NCBI GenBank assembly: GCA_937625935.1
Contig: OW569359.1
Location: forward strand, 186,001 to 250,000
From: Tetramitus jugosus
Lineage: Eukaryota > Protista > Heterolobosea
DNA length: 64,000 nucleotides
Direction of reading: 5' to 3'
Positions 63,103 through 64,000 of the stretch are shown one piece after another. Numbering within the stretch: the first letter of the stretch is position 1; the number at the start of each line of letters is the position of its first letter. Under the pieces are notes generated by a model. The model did not search any database. It worked only from the letters and a program-made list of their open reading frames with translations, and was not told where the DNA came from. The translations under genes were made by a program, and so were the position numbers.

Positions 63103-64000
63103 ATGACATCTATCATCAAGAGTGTTGATCTCGTGATTGGCGTCTCAAAAAACAAGAGTCTCAACAATCAAATTCAATTGACTAGCATTGGAGAGCAATG
63201 GTTGATCAACAACAATTCCCTTCCCTCATCCATCACGAGAAGCTTTCATCATTTGAATCAGTGCAAAATGATGCACAATGTCATGGATGATAACCTCAAT
63301 GGACTATTGTCCAATCATGCAATCGAATACTTGAAGAATAAGAATTATCAATTGAATCGCATTGTTTTAGTCTGTTATGCCACTGATGCCATTGATGGCA
63401 CTGATGAAGAACAAGATGAAAATGATAGAAATCACTACATTCGTCAACAATACTCATCTCTCTCATCCCATAATGACAATAATGACAATAATAATAATAA
63501 TGATATTGGAAATGCAAGAAATGCAGTGAATCATGCCATTCAATCACTCGTCAAGGACAGCAGTGAACAGGAGACTCAACATGTGTTGGTGGACACTAGT
63601 ATGATGACTAATATGGATCATGTTGAATCCTATGGTCAAATGATTCAACAAGTATCAGAAGGTGTTCATCTCATGAATTATCACTTTTATTTGCCTAAAC
63701 AACAACAAGAAGAAGAAACACAAGATTCTCAAAAAGAACAACAACAGGAAGAAGAAAAGAATGCAAAGACTATGCAATTTGAACCATTGTATGCGCCATC
63801 ATCTCAATCATCTCAATTGTTGAACACTCATTGGAAGAGAGGTATGATTTTTGCACACAATCAAAACTATGCTCGTTTCTTGCAAGAGTTGCCTGCCAAC
63901 TACTGTACTCCCCATCTGTTTTGTCAAATGGTGTTGTCCGATGTTATGAATGACAATCAAAATTTGTTGTTCAGTCAAGAGACAAGTACTACTACGAGTG
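63103..64000 (+). CDS. LAP3: M17 cytosol leucine aminopeptidase, 5' part (runs off the window)
   Basis: Frame 1 is open from ATG 63103 to the window end (absent from the ORF track). WKRGMIFAHNQNYARFLQELPANYCTP matches the M17 motif W..G...A..QN.AR.L.E.PAN..TP. Confidence 0.85.
   Translation, partial: MTSIIKSVDLVIGVSKNKSLNNQIQLTSIGEQWLINNNSLPSSITRSFHHLNQCKMMHNVMDDNLNGLLSNHAIEYLKNKNYQLNRIVLVCYATDAIDGTDEEQDENDRNHYIRQQYSSLSSHNDNNDNNNNNDIGNARNAVNHAIQSLVKDSSEQETQHVLVDTSMMTNMDHVESYGQMIQQVSEGVHLMNYHFYLPKQQQEEETQDSQKEQQQEEEKNAKTMQFEPLYAPSSQSSQLLNTHWKRGMIFAHNQNYARFLQELPANYCTPHLFCQMVLSDVMNDNQNLLFSQETSTTTS

Noticed and set aside
1-64000. CRISPR arrays, tRNA/rRNA genes, operons, alternative genetic code, and TTG/GTG starts from the ORF track
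   Set aside because: No regularly spaced repeats or cloverleafs were seen. TAA, TAG and TGA all end conserved proteins at the expected positions. Starts were reassigned to ATGs or splice junctions, and most short antisense ORFs are shadows of real genes.

Overview
Gene-dense (about 35 genes in 64 kb), intron-poor eukaryotic nuclear DNA. It uses the standard code and has short GT-AG introns, short intergenic spacers and frequent (AAC/CAA/CAT)n microsatellites. This style suggests a free-living protist, possibly heterolobosean/Discoba-like (inference only). Recognisable genes include a Rho GTPase (3' end), a Myb protein, MtnB/APIP, ERMARD, a GH72-like glycosidase, HGH1, kinesin, TRAPPC12, PDH E2, TruB, ZSWIM7, ABHD17, NSA2, RPC25, alkaline ceramidase, an AFG2-type AAA ATPase, CWC24, an RCC1-like protein, RasGEF, tRNA isopentenyltransferase, NAA15, GCLC, a P-type IIC ATPase and an M17 aminopeptidase (5' end). 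Ten introns were reconstructed with frame-consistent junctions. The best non-obvious signals are (1) a candidate box C/D snoRNA at about 4309-4425 with a perfect 13-nt guide against the SSU rRNA central-pseudoknot segment, next to a three-hairpin element; (2) a recurring CTCAC branch-point candidate; (3) two interleaved gene classes differing in codon style, repeats and intron length; (4) a 30-bp direct repeat bracketing the RCC1-like gene; (5) a probable decayed non-LTR retroelement; and (6) unusual proteins (arrestin-MORN, PB1-polyPro-WH2, a 55-aa WH2 peptide, a P-type ATPase with altered ion-site residues). No single multi-gene novel system is demonstrable from sequence alone. No CRISPR array, tRNA or rRNA gene was seen. 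All family assignments are by eye, without database searches.
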